A stretch of 64,000 nucleotides of DNA from assembly GCA_951406725.2 (NCBI GenBank), contig OX597836.1, positions 12,586,001 through 12,650,000 of the forward strand. Direction: 5' to 3'. Source of the stretch: Octopus vulgaris. Taxonomy: Eukaryota. The notes under the pieces are model-generated. The model was not told the DNA's origin. It did not search any database and was given only the letters and a program-made list of their open reading frames with translations. Shown here one piece after another: positions 1 to 11,824 of the stretch; the stretch's first letter is position 1; every line of letters begins with the position of its first letter. A program made the position numbers and the translations under genes.

Positions 1-800
1 CTCCTCCCCCTCCATCACGCCACCGCACACATACCCCCCCCCCCCCGTGCAGAAATGGTTAGCTGATAATGGAATGTTGAGGAGAAAAAAAAGAAAAGAA
101 GAAAGAAGTAAAAAAACAAAAAAAAAATAGGCCAAAATAAATATGTCATCTCGAGGAATTTTAATTTATGGTAGAAAAGATAAAGTTGTCTAAGGTTGTT
201 AAATAGTATTTAGTTTGGCATCAGCACCATGATTGTTTTAGATGCAATCATTATTATGACCCTTTCTTTGTTCATCCATTTAACTCCTGTTTTTGTTTTC
301 CTTTTTCTCCCATGTTTGTGTGGAAAAACAGTCAGACGATGCCGGGGGTCGGTGCCAAGGCGGCATTATATAATGGTTTGCATGGTCGTTCTTGTTCCTC
401 CGAAATAAGGGATTTAAACTTTTACCCTTAGCATGCTTCGAGTCAACCCCACTCAAATTAGTGGGGTTATAGCAAAGACAGAGATGGTTTTATGCCACTA
501 CATTATCAAGTGTGTCATGGTTGTTTAGTCACGGGTCATTTGATCTCACTGACCACAGGTCAAAGATGTTTGAGCCATAAAGTATTAGTCTATTCTTTGG
601 CATAATGTATCTAGGACTACATAATCAAATATGGTCTGTTTATTGCGGTGTTTTTTTGGTCACTGGTCATCTCTGACCCAACAGACCAAGTGGTGAAAGA
701 TGTTTCACCTGTGACAGTATTCAACTATATTTTCAAGCACAATGCATCTAGGACTACATTATCAAGTGTGTCCTACCTTTTTTTTGTGGTGACTGTTTAA

Positions 801-1012
801 CCCTTTAGTGTTCGCATTATTCTACCAAAATTAATGCTTCTTTATCCACATTGTTTTGAACTAATCATGCATTATCTTGTAGCTATGAGATTTTGATGAA
901 GTAGCTGTTAATTATTAAAATGACATTGTAGGGTTGGTGTGAGAGACCAGATCTGGCCATAAAACAGGCAGAATACTTTTAGCCGGATACGGCCGGTTTA
1001 AATATTAAAGGG
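801..1012. mobile_element. piggyBac-type MITE
   Basis: TTAA|CCCTTT ... AAAGGG|TTAA termini. Related degenerate copies at ~3388-3545 and ~3551-4145 (the latter interrupted). Confidence 0.7.
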
Positions 1013-1517
1013 TTAATCATGGGTCACATTATGGTGAGAGGCTTAAATCAGGGTTTCTCAACCGGGGTTCATATGGCCCTTGGGGGTCCACATAAGATTT
1101 TGTTGCTAAAATTTATGTGCAATAAATTACTTATACTTCTACAATCATCATCATCATCACAGGTCCGTTGTCCATGCTGGTATGGGTTGGATGGTTTGAC
1201 CAGGATGGCATCCTGGAAGGCCGCACCAGACCCCAGTCTGATTTGGCATGGTTTTCTATGGTTGAATGTCCTTCTTAATGCCAACCACTCCAAGGATGCC
1301 AATTGCGTGTGAATGTGTGCAGGTATGTGTGTATATAGATGTATGCGTGCATGCAAGTACGTGCGTATATGGATGTATTTTACTCAGTGTTTATCATGGC
1401 TACCGAATAATTGTCACATATTACATTTACAGAGATAAATTCCTCTGTTTACATAATATCGAGGTCTCGTTCATTCTTTTGCTGTCTTACCGTTTTTATC
1501 AACACATATATATATGT

Positions 1518-1700
1518 ATATATGGTGAGAATTCACAAAAAAAACAAAAGACAAAGACAGGTGGTGTACAAAACAAACAGATATATTAGTATAACGCTCG
1601 GGAAGTGAAAAAGTCTTTTAACATTTCGAGCGTACGCTCTTCCACAGAAAGGAACACAGAAAGAAACAAGGAGAGAAAATAAAGAATGTGTAGTGGCTGA
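1518..1700 (-). mobile_element. Short TA-inserted repeat (family A) carrying a hammerhead-like motif at 1615-1651
   Basis: Same sequence at ~7135-7245 (truncated), ~25803-25988 and ~53595-53795 (opposite strand). Minus strand reads ctttCTGTGGAaGAGCgtacGCTCGAAAtgttaaaag. Confidence 0.7.
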
Positions 1701-2904
1701 GGATTTGTGAATGGGTGCATGTATTTTTATGAGTACACACGATTGTATATCTGAACATGGATATTTATGAATGAATACGAATATTTATGAATGGATGTGT
1801 GTTTAAGTATACATATGGGCACGAGTATATGACGTAGGCATTTTTCAATGAATGAGCCATAAAATTAGTTTGGGGTAAGTCTTCAAGTTTCGCCTGATGA
1901 CTTTTTCCACTAGTAATGGATACAAGTTAAATGTTTGTGTACATATGTTTGTACATGTATAATTAAGTCGGTACTCATTAATGAATGTTTTTTATTTATA
2001 TATATATATATATATATTTAATGTAAATCCATGTACACGTTTTTGTGTGTGTATGGGGGTGGGGACGATGGGTTTATGTAATTCATGAGAAAATTGTGAA
2101 ATTATGCAGATACATTAAATGTCACAAATGAAATAACAATTGTTGACTAAACTTGATTAGGTTGTTGTTGTTGTTAGTAGTGGTTGTGGTGGTGGTAATG
2201 GTCGTAGTAGTTGTAGAGTTATCGATAGTGGTGGCACTATAGTTGTTGTTGGTGGTAGTAGTAGTGGTGGTGGTGGTGGTAGTAGTTGTAGTAGTGGTGG
2301 TGGTGCTGGTAGTTGTACAGTTATATATGGTGGTACTATAGTTGTTGTTGGTAGTAGTAGTGGTGGTGGTAATGGTGGTAGTAGTTGTCGATAGTGGTGG
2401 TACTATAGTTGTTGGTGGTGATGGTGGTTGTTGATGTTCGGCAAAAGAGGCACCATTTGTGCACTCCCTCCCACACACACACACGTGTGCATAATATATG
2501 TGTTGACCAAGTGGTCAGGGTGCTGGGCTCACAATCATAAGACCATGATTTCAATTTCTAGACTTGGGTGGGCACATTATATCCTTAAGCAAGGCACTTC
2601 ATTTCATATGACTTCAGTGTACTCAGCTGAAAACAATTACCAGCTGAGTGCTGGGGGTGGTTTCTCTCTCCCTTCTAGCTGCCACATCTGCAATTTTCAG
2701 TGGGTCAAGGGTAGGGTTCTTAAGACAGTGGGTCAAGGAGGTAGGGTTCTTGCGACAACATAGGGGCCTAAAACAACTCGGGCAAAGCATGGTAGAAGCT
2801 GGCATGTCATACTTGTTTGTAAGTGACTGCCATGCTAGGAAGACATCTGTACTTGCCTTTCTATCATGATAAGAACCATTTATTATTTCTTTTTAATTTA
2901 TGTG

Positions 2905-3206
2905 CCCTTTTCAAGCCCTGCCAGGCTCATGGGCCCAGTTTCCTGGTTTCTGTGGCGTATGTGTTCCCCCCAGCTGGATGGGATGCCAGTCCATCGCAGC
3001 GTTACTCAAGAAATAAGAAGAAAGAGTGAGAGAAAGTTGGGGCAAAAGAGTACAACAAGGGTTGCCACCACACCCTGCCAGAGCCTCGTGGAGCTTTAGG
3101 TGTTTTCGCTCAATAAACGCACACAACGCCCGGTATGGGAATCAAAACCCGCGATCCTCCGACCGCAAGTCCACTGCCCCAACCACTGGGCCATTGTGCC
3201 TCCACT
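2905..3206 (-). mobile_element. tRNA-derived SINE
   Basis: Minus strand begins ggaggcacaatggcccagtggtt (A box) with a B-box-like motif. Head shared with ~35995-36287; tail shared with the SINE at 38452-38697. Confidence 0.75.
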
Positions 3207-3656
3207 ATAAGGACCATACTTCACCAAAAAAATTTTTTTCAATAAAAAAATAACCCTAAATACTGGGATTGATTTGTTTGGCTAAAACACTACAAAGCAG
3301 AACCCCAGCATGGCCACAGTCCAATGACTTTTCATTCCATTGAAAAAAGTATAAGAAAAAGCATAATAGATTGTTATAGAACAGCTTTAACTCTTTAATA
3401 TTCAGGTTTTTCTACCTTTTGAATTAATTGAGTAATATCTCATAGCTCCATGAGTCCGATGATGTGGTTGTTTAATTCTAGAATGACATTGCAGGGAAGG
3501 TGTGAGAGGCCAGATCTGGTTGGTTTGAACATAGAACTGATAAGGCTGATTTAGCCCTTTAACATTCAGATTGCTCTGGGAAATGTAATGCTTATTTATT
3601 CACATTGTCTTGAATTAATCATGCGTTACCTTTGAGATTTTGATGATGTGGTTGTA

Positions 3657-4030
3657 TCATCAATATCATCGTTTAACATCCGCTTTCCATGCTAGCATGG
3701 GTTGGACGATTTGACTGAGGACAGGCAAACCAGATGGCTACACCAGACTCATCTTGATCTGGCAGAGTTTCCACAGCTGGATGCCCTTCCTAATGTCAAC
3801 CACTCCAAGGGTGTAGTGGGTGCTTTTACATGCCACCAGCATTGAGGCCAGTCAGGTAGTACTGGCAATGGCCACACTCAAATGGTGTTTTTTATGTGCC
3901 ACCTGCACAGGAGCCAGTCCAGCAGTACCTGCAACGACTTCGCTCAAATGTTTTTTCACGTGCCATCAGCACAAGTGCCAGTAAGGCGATGCAATTAACA
4001 ATCACGCTCGAATGGTGCCTTTTAAGTGTA
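3657..4030 (-). mobile_element. Interspersed repeat with (GAT)n 3' tail, RTE-partner SINE-like
   Basis: catcatcgtttaac.tccgctttccatgctagcatgggttggac...ggatgcccttcctaa.gccaaccactcc. Copies at ~1143-1290, ~11832-12155, ~45182-45520, ~61882-62250, ~62738-62850, and in reverse at ~30660-31145 and ~42480-42750. Confidence 0.75.
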
Positions 4031-4153
4031 TATTTTTAGAATGACATTGTAAGGTAGGTGTGAGAGGCATGATTTGGTTGGTTTGAACATAATAAGACAA
4101 ACAGAATATCTGTGCTTGATATTGTCAGCTTAAATGTTAAAGGATTATAAAGG

Positions 4154-4383
4154 CAGCTAGCTGGCAGTAACGTTAGCACGCCAGGCAAAATGCGTAGCCG
4201 TATTTCGTCTGCCATTACATTCTGAGTTCAAATTCCGCCTAGGTCGACTTTGCCTTTCATCCTTTCGGGGTCGATTAAATAAGTACCAGTTACGTACTGG
4301 GGTGGATATAATCGACTTAATCCGTTTGTCTTTCCTGTTTGTCCCCTCTATGTTTAACCCCTTGTGGGCAATAAAAGAAATAA
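4154..4383 (+). mobile_element. tRNA-derived SINE (family with gcctttcatcctttcggggtcgat core)
   Basis: agctggcag..acgttagcacgcc A-box region and gagttcaaattcc B box. Copies at ~10215-10378, ~17810-18365, ~19097-19450, ~29075-29310, ~38935-39150, ~58083-58240 and ~59291-59710. Confidence 0.85.
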
Positions 4384-4415
4384 ATGTTAAAGGATTAAAA
4401 GAAATACATGTTAAA

Positions 4416-4825
4416 GGCGCAGGAGTGGCTCTGTGGTAAGTAGCTTGCTTACCAACCACATGGTTCCGGGTTCAGTCCCACTGCGTGGCACCTTGAGCAA
4501 GTGTCTTCTACTATAGCCTCGGGCCGACCAAAGCCTTGTGACTGGATTTGGTAGACGGAAACTGAAAGAAGCCCGTTGTATATATGTATATATATATATA
4601 TGCATGTGCATGTTTGTGTGTCTGTGTTTGTCCCCCTAGCATTGCTTGACAACCGATGCTGGTGTGTTTATGTTCCCATTACTTAGCAGTTCGGCAAAAA
4701 GAGACCGATAGAATAAGTACTGGGCTTACAAAAGAATAAGTCCCGGGGTCTAGTGGCTCGACTAAAGGCGGTGCTCCAGCATGGCCGCAGTCAAATGACT
4801 GAACAAGTAAAAGAGTAAAAGAGAG
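4416..4825 (+). mobile_element. Most abundant tRNA-derived SINE (ggcgcaggagtggctgtgtggtaag... tail gtaaaagag)
   Basis: A box tggct.tgtgg, B box ggttcagtccc, internal (TA)/(TG) microsatellite. More than 15 full or partial copies in the window. Confidence 0.9.
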
Positions 4826-4897
4826 AGATTAAAACATGTCTTTATCTTATTTCATTATCTGTATTTCTATCATTTTCTTTTCCTTTTGTCGTTCCAG

Positions 4898-5149
4898 ATC
4901 CTCAAGGACCGAATTTATACAAGCATGGCCCGTAACTTAATGCTATGGAATAGCATGCCTGGCGCCCACTTCATCATGCCAGAATATTCGGATGCCGCCA
5001 TAACATATCCTTTTTATTATAGACAGCTTGGCCGTGAGCCGTCATCCCAATTCACAGCTATAATATACGTTGTCACACCTGTGACATCTTCTTCTTCACC
5101 ATTGTTTCGACTGGTACGAAATGTTGCCAAGTCTGCTTATGTACATAAG
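4898..5149 (+). CDS. EXT1: Exostosin-1 internal exon (ILKDRIYTSMARNLMLWNSMPG...AKSAYVHK)
   Basis: Pyrimidine tract plus ccag| acceptor, AAG|gtaagc donor, 252 nt, phase 0/0. Peptide aligns by eye with vertebrate EXT1 IIQDRIF..RNSLIWN.HPGG....P.Y....PYYY..LG..P.SKFTAVI..VTP. Confidence 0.95.
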
Positions 5150-5245
5150 GTAAGCACTGTGTCCTTCTTTCATCTCTGTTGCGTAACTTGCTTTCCAGCC
5201 GTGTGGCCATGTGGTTTACAGTTCAATCCCACTTCATGACACCTT

Positions 5246-5837
5246 AAATATGGTTTCTGATTACAAATATCTTGGGTCATACATATCATCATCTGGAAAA
5301 GATTTTCTAACTAGAAAGAGTATGGCCTGGTCAGCCTGTAATGACATGCATAAGATCTGGTCATCAAATCTAAGTAGAGACTTCAAACTTGAAATCTTCA
5401 AAGCCACAGTCGAACCAATTCTACTATGTGGTTCAGAAACCTGGACGTTATCAAAGAAGCTTGAGAGGCGGTTGGATGGAACCTACACTCGCCTCCTTAT
5501 GAGAGCTCAAAATCTCTCGTGGAAGTGTCATCCAACCAAAATGCAAATATATGGGAAACTACCACCTGTGTCATCTCTTGTGAAAGGTAAGAGAGTCCAG
5601 TTTGCTGGACATTGTTGTAGAGCTGAAAAAGAGGTAATTTCTACTCTTCTCTGGAAGCCATCTACTCGCAATATCTACTCTCCTACCCTGATGTAATCTA
5701 CTCTCCTACCCTGATGTAATCTCCAGGGATACAGGCGTCCAGCAACAGGACCTCCGTAATGCCATGATGGACTGTGAAGTCTGGCGTAACATGGTAAATT
5801 CCATTGTCTCGACCACGGTCGAACAATGATGGTGATG
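5246..5837 (+). mobile_element. 5'-truncated RTE/RTEX-like LINE 3' fragment, inserted into a SINE head
   Basis: YKYLGS...AW.A...M.KIW.S.L....K..IF.A.VE.ILL.GSETWTL post-RT motifs, (GAT)n-like tail, 10-bp TSD ATGACACCTT at 5236-5245 and 5838-5847. Confidence 0.88.
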
Positions 5838-5957
5838 ATGACACCTTGTTTCTGCAGGTTTCTTCTGCTGTAGTCCCCTAGCTGACCAAAGCCTTGTGAG
5901 TGGATTTAGTAGACGGAAACTGAAAGAAGCCTGTCGTATATATGTGTGTGTGTGTGT

Positions 5958-6310
5958 CTTACAGTTCTATATTTAAGAGATGAGGAATTATGTACAGTAT
6001 TTACATTTGACGGATATTTGTCCTCATCTTGTTTGTTATTAACACAACATTTCAGCTGATATACCCTCCAGCCTTCATCAGGTGTCTTGGGGAAATTTCG
6101 AACCTGGATTCTCACTCCTAAGGTATTTTACGATGCTATTATTATTATTAAGGTCACTGTTTGGAATCGAACTCGGAATCTTGGGGTTAGTAGCCCACGC
6201 TCTTTACAGCTATGCCATATGGCATATGGCGTAGCGGTTAAGAGCGCAGGCTACTAACCCCAAGATTCCAAGTTCGATTCCAAATAGTGACCTGAACAAT
6301 AATAATAATA
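5958..6310 (-). mobile_element. tRNA-headed hammerhead-bearing element (family B) with an inverted duplicate of its head
   Basis: Minus strand order: tRNA-like head, (AAT)n, then gacacCTGATGAaggctg...cagctGAAAtgttgtgtt. 6138-6310 is a near-perfect palindrome centred on gccatatggc. Confidence 0.7.
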
Positions 6311-6657
6311 ACACTTGGTAATGTCGTCCTAGATACATTATGCCTGAAAATAAATTTGGTGAATACAGTCCCATCTGGAGCATCTTTGACCAATGTTGGA
6401 TCAGACGTAACCTTGGGCTAATAACCCCGCAACCACGACAATAGCATCATCATCAAATATTTCCAATCATTCAAATTAGCACCCTCGCCCTGCCATGACC
6501 ACTCCTCCTGACATGAACAACTACAGACTTCCTGACTGACACATTGGTTATGTTTACACAGTTGTCATAATTAGTGGCTTTGAGCGTAAATATTGGCAGT
6601 TCTATTATTGGGAGATTTCAACAAGAAATTTGATTAGTTGTAATGATTTATCAGTGT

Positions 6658-6700
<43 letters not shown>

Positions 6701-7254
6701 ATAGAGAGAGAGAGAAAAATATGTACATACATATAGATACATGTGTACATACATATGGCAAGATATCTTGAAATAATACTGAATAATGACACAATGCATA
6801 CATAGACCTAGAGAGAGATGATATATATATGTGTGATTTATAGATGTTGTGTGTATACACATATGATACAGAGAGCAATGATATATGTAATTTATAGAAG
6901 ATATATGCCTGTGTGTATATATATATATATATCATCATCATCATTTTGCATCCGCTTTCCATGCTAGCATGGGTTATATATATATATATATATATATTAG
7001 TGTACATTTAAGTACAAAGAGGCAAACAGGTTGCCTAACATACTAGAAAGAACAGTCAAAATGTCGAAACCACAGTTAAGAGCAATTTTGAAGGGAATGA
7101 AATATATATATATATAAATTATAGAATTATAATTATATGAAGAGAATTCACAAAAAAAAAAACAACAAAAGACGAAGACAGGTGGTATAGACAATAAACA
7201 GATGTATTAGTATAACGCTCAGGAAGTGAAAAAGTCTTTAACGCTTTTGGAGCC

Positions 7255-7675
7255 TTTACCACTATCATACATCACTTTGACCGACCAGTCCGTCAGGCGT
7301 CCATTTGACACCGCTGGTCACAGCACGCTGTCCACTTCTCTCTGGTTCACGCCTTTCTCATCCACGTGATCCCAATCGTCCTCCTGAAATCATAACTCCA
7401 CCGTCGTGGAGGTCTTCCGGGTGGTCTTTTCCGCTCACGCGGGTACCACTCGACAACTGCGTGCGTCCACCGATTATCGGTGAGCCGGGCGACGTGTCCA
7501 GCCCATCTATACATGCTGCGTGTATACTCTGCGATGACATCTCTCACGCCGGACTTCTTTCTGATGATCTTGCTACTTATGTGCTCTCTCAACGGGATAC
7601 CAAGCATTGACCTTTCCATGGCTCTTTCAGCCGTTACCAGTCTTTGCTCTTCTCTCTTTGTGGTAGCCCATGAAG
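7255..7675 (-). mobile_element. RTE-clade LINE 3' fragment
   Basis: Translation WATTK...RL...ERAMER.MLG..LR.HI....IR.KSGV.DVI.....RWAGHVAR..DNRW......W.PR..KR..GRP..RW is the typical RTE C-terminus. Confidence 0.9.
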
Positions 7676-7833
7676 AGCTATCATACATATAGAGGGGAAA
7701 GGAGCAGGAAGAGTCCAATTTTAGCAGGGAGATATTGAGACAGAGACAGTTCAGATATCAGTATGATTACTCTGTTGTATATTTGTTTTTGTTTATTTAA
7801 TTCTTTTGTTTTCTCTTTTTCTCTTTTTTTTAG

Positions 7834-7932
7834 ATTTTAGTTATCTGGCACTGTGATGTTTCTCCCCCTCCTCCCCGCAAGTGGCCTTCAGATCTTGCTG
7901 TCCCTATTCTGGTCAAGACTAGAAATATCAAG
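7834..7932 (+). CDS. EXT1: Exostosin-1 exon (ILVIWHCDVSPPPPRKWPSDLAVPILVKTRNIK)
   Basis: ttttttttag| acceptor, AAG|gtttgt donor, 99 nt, phase 0/0. Matches EXT1 IIVLWNCDKPLP...WP...VP. Not in the ORF track. Confidence 0.93.
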
Positions 7933-8634
7933 GTTTGTATCCATCCCTTCTCTCTCTCTCTGACTCTTTTACTCCTTCCTCTTTACTTTTCTCTCTCTCT
8001 CTCTCTCTCTCTGACTTTTACTCCTTCCTCTTCTCTCTCTCTGACTTTTACTCCTTCCTCTTCTCTCTCTCTCTGACTTTTACTCCTTCCTCTTCTCTCT
8101 CCCTCTCTGACTTTTACTCCTTCCTTCCTCTTCTCTCCCTCTCTGACTTTTACTCCTTCCTCTTCTCTCTCCCTCTCTTTTTTGTCTCTTCTTGACACAC
8201 CCTCTTTCAGATTTCACACAACAGACACATAAAACACACAAATACACACATCATTATTTTATCATTACAGTTATTACCTCTGCTGTTGACACTTATTATC
8301 ATCACTATCCTTACATCATCATCTTACTAAATCATTACCACTCATTTCTGTGTCATTGTCAGTCCTTACCACTGTATTTCCATTGACATTAGCGCTGTTA
8401 TTGTCACTGTCATTACATTACACTGATATTACCCCTATCATTACTCTGTTATTACTTATGTCATTACCTCTATCATTATGCTATCATTACCATTGTCCTT
8501 ACTGCTATCATTGCCACTGTCTTCACTCATTATAACCACTCATTACAATTCTCATTATTCTGTCATTACTACTATCCTTGACATTATTATTATTATTACT
8601 ATCATTACAATGTTATTACCATTATCTCTTACAG

Positions 8635-8724
8635 TCCATCAGTGCACGGTTCTTCCCCTACAGAGATGTAGAAACAGATGCTGTGTTCAGTTTGGATGAA
8701 GATGTACTTCTCAATACAGATGAG
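8635..8724 (+). CDS. EXT1: Exostosin-1 exon with GT64 DXD motif (SISARFFPYRDVETDAVFSLDEDVLLNTDE)
   Basis: ctcttacag| acceptor, GAG|gtaagt donor, 90 nt, phase 0/0. Contains the RF.PY..I.TDAV.SLDED motif of GT64. Confidence 0.96.
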
Positions 8725-8924
8725 GTAAGTAGCGAGTGTGGTGGAAGATGTAACAGTGGTGGTTTTGGGTTGGTGGGTGGGTGGATGGGGGAAGGACAGG
8801 TATTTAGTATTTAAAAATACATTAGCATTTTAGAAATATATAAATACATAAATAGATATAAAAAAAATTCGATATGATATAAGATAAAAACTCATAGGTA
8901 TTTAAAAGTATTCAAAAATGCTCT

Positions 8925-9316
8925 CTTTACTCCTACTCTTTTACTTGTTTCAGTCATTTGACTGCGGCCATGCTGGAGCACCGCCTTTAGTCGAGCAAAT
9001 CGACCCCGGGACTTATTCTTTGTAAGCTCAGTACTTATTCTATCGGTCTCTTTTTGCCGAACCGCTAAGTGACGGGGACGTAAACACACCAGCATCGGTT
9101 GTCAAGCAATGCTAGGGGGACAAACACAGACACACAAACATATACACACACACACATATATATATACGACGAGCTTCTTTCAGTTTCCATCTATCAAATC
9201 CACTCACAAGGCTTTGGTCGGCCCGAGGCTATAGCAGAAGACACTTGCCCAAGATGCCACGCAGTGGGACTGAACCCAGAACCATGTGGTTGGTAAGCAA
9301 GCTACTTACCACACAC
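8925..9316 (-). mobile_element. Abundant tRNA-derived SINE, inverted relative to 4416-4825
   Basis: Reverse complement of the 4416 family, high similarity by eye. Confidence 0.9.
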
Positions 9317-10464
9317 GCAGATAAAACATCAACATAATATAAGACTTATTGAATTAATAATTCACACGATAAGATACAAGGTAATTAAGATTCACTAGTT
9401 ACAACATGGAGTAAGGCGACACTTACTAAAGGTGTCACACAGTGGGACTGAACCCAAAACCAGGTAGTTGGAAAACTAACCTATTACCAACGTCCTTTTA
9501 GGAATACCAATGTAAAACCAAGAGAGCTTTTACATGGTCACTTGATTCGCTAGAAATAGCAGCTATGTTACCCTGCTATCTTAGGGGAAAGACAGCCTGG
9601 TTGATGTGGTGTTGGGGCCAGCTGCTAGAAATAGCAGCTAAGTCTCCCAACAGTTTTAAAAGACAGACAGACAGGCAGGCAGACAACTGGATTGGATGAT
9701 GTTGTCTTGGTTTGCTGTATCTTGGGGGAAAAAGGACATGATGGCTGTGTCTGGATTGTCGTCTTTTGTCAGACTGTGGCCATGCTGGGGCAATGCCTTG
9801 AATTTTTAGCCAAATGAACCAACCCCAGTACTTATTTTTTAAGCTTCGCACTTATTCTATCATTCGCTTTTCCTGAACTGTTAAGTTAAGGGAATGTAAA
9901 CACACCAACACTGGTTGTGAAGCGGTAATGGGTGGACAGGCACAAAGACACACACTGATAGATTTATATATATATATATATATAGATATATATACAACGG
10001 GCTTCTTTCAGTTTCCGTCTACCATGTCCACTTGCAAGGCTTTGGTTGGCCCAAGGCTATAGTAGAAGGCACTTGCCTAAGGTGCCATGCTGTGGGACTG
10101 AACCCAGAACCATGTGGTTGGGAAGCAAGCTACTTACCACACAACCACTCCTATGCTATTTCAGTTGGGATTGACCAGGGGCTAAACAACAAAAACAAAG
10201 GCATGGTGGTGGTGACGTTCTGAGTTCAAATTTCGCCGAGATCGACTTTGCCTTTCATCCTTTTGGGATCGATTAAATAAGTACCAGTTACGCACTGGGG
10301 TCGATATAATCGATTTAATCCGTTTGCCTTGTTTGTCCCCTCTGTGTTTAGCCCCTTGTGGGTAGTAAAGAAATAGGTACGTACTCATTTCTAATTAACT
10401 TAGACATCCGTTGAACAATTTTTAATTGCTAATTTGATTTTGTTTTTTTACTTCTTCTTTCCAG

Positions 10465-10625
10465 ATTGATTTTGCCTTTTCTACTTGGAGGGAATTCCCT
10501 GAACGCATTGTGGGCTACCCGGCCCGGAACCATTTCTGGGACGACTCTCACGCGAAATGGAGTTACACTTCCAAGTGGACAAATGATTTCTCCATGGTTC
10601 TCACTGGGGCAGCAATATACCACAG
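10465..10625 (+). CDS. EXT1: Exostosin-1 exon ([53 protein letters not shown])
   Basis: cttctttccag| acceptor, CAG|gtaccc donor, 161 nt, phase 0/2. Near-identical to EXT1 [20 protein letters not shown]...[20 protein letters not shown]. Confidence 0.97.
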
Positions 10626-10756
10626 GTACCCACTTTTCTTTTGTTTTTTTGGGGGGGGTTGTACTCTTTTCCTTTCACTCGTGTTGGAGCACCACCTTAA
10701 GGCTTTTCTAGTTAAAGAAATCAACCCCAAGAAATATTTTTTGTAAAAAAAAAAAA

Positions 10757-11000
10757 GTTCCTTCTCGGGCCATGCCAGGCTCATAAGGGCCGGTTTCCCG
10801 GTTTTGGTGGCCTAGAAAATCCCCACCTGGCCGGGACTCCAGTCCATCGCAGCATTACTCATTTTTGCCAGCTGAGTGGACTGGAGCAAGGTGAAATGAA
10901 GTGTTTTGCTCAAGAACACAACACATTGCCCAGTCCAGGAATCGAAACCACAACCTTACGATCATGATGCTGACACCCTAACCACTAAGTCACGCACCTC
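10757..11000 (-). mobile_element. tRNA-derived SINE (same family as 38452-38697)
   Basis: Reverse complement of the 38452 copy. Confidence 0.8.
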
Positions 11001-11152
11001 CATTATTTTTTGTGAGCCTAGTACTTATTCTATCAGTCTCTTTTCCTCAACCACTAAGTTACAGGGACATAAACAAACCAGAATTTGTGGTCATGTGAAA
11101 GCGAGAGGACAAACACAGACACACACACACATATATATACATATATATATAT

Positions 11153-11196
<44 letters not shown>

Positions 11197-11694
11197 TAGG
11201 CTTCTTTCAGTTTCCATCTGTCAAATTCACCCACAAGGCTTTGGTTGACCTGAGGCTATAGCAGAAGACACTTGCCAGAGGTGCCACGCAGTGGGACTGA
11301 ACCCAGAACCATGTGGTTGGGAAGCAAGCTTCTTACCTCATAGCCACACCTATCTGAAGGATTTATTTTTTTTTTTTGTTTCTTCTTTCTACAAACTGAC
11401 ACAGGTTGTGAAGCACTGATGGGGGACACAGACACGTACACATTTATATATATATATATATAAAAATTAGAAAAAACCACCTTTTATCAATTCAAAATGA
11501 ACAATTAAATTACACCATCTAGAAAATTACATATAATAGAAATATTAAAATTAAAATAACAATAATATACCAATGATTAAGTAAATTGCAAAATAATAAT
11601 AAAAACATATATATTTGGTAGTAATATATTTGTAAGTTAGGAATAATATTCCCTCAAATAATTATTATTATATATATATATATATAATTATAAC

Positions 11695-11824
11695 AATAAG
11701 GGTCTTTGCAACAAGTTGCTTGACCACATACCGAAAATTTTAGAAATAGCAGCCATTCTAAAATTTTCAGTATTTCTAAAATTTTCGGTATGTGGTCAAG
11801 CAACTTGTTGCAAAGACCCTTATT
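11695..11824. repeat. Long inverted repeat (about 54-bp arms, 22-nt loop) in the last EXT1 intron
   Basis: aataagggtctttgcaacaagttgcttgaccacataccgaaaattttagaaata and its reverse complement at 11771-11824. Confidence 0.92.

Noticed and set aside
4449-4652. Recurrent small ORFs ending CHAVGLNPEPCGW
   Set aside because: Antisense translations of the abundant SINE, not a gene family.
1-4897. Upstream EXT1 exons (GT47 domain)
   Set aside because: No segment translating to the expected RQQTQFLW..YFSS-type sequence was found; this is intron and those exons lie outside the window.
6221-6295. Apparent tRNA gene with ACT anticodon
   Set aside because: No convincing acceptor stem or oligo-T terminator; it is duplicated as an inverted repeat and attached to a repeat element, so it is treated as a SINE-type head.
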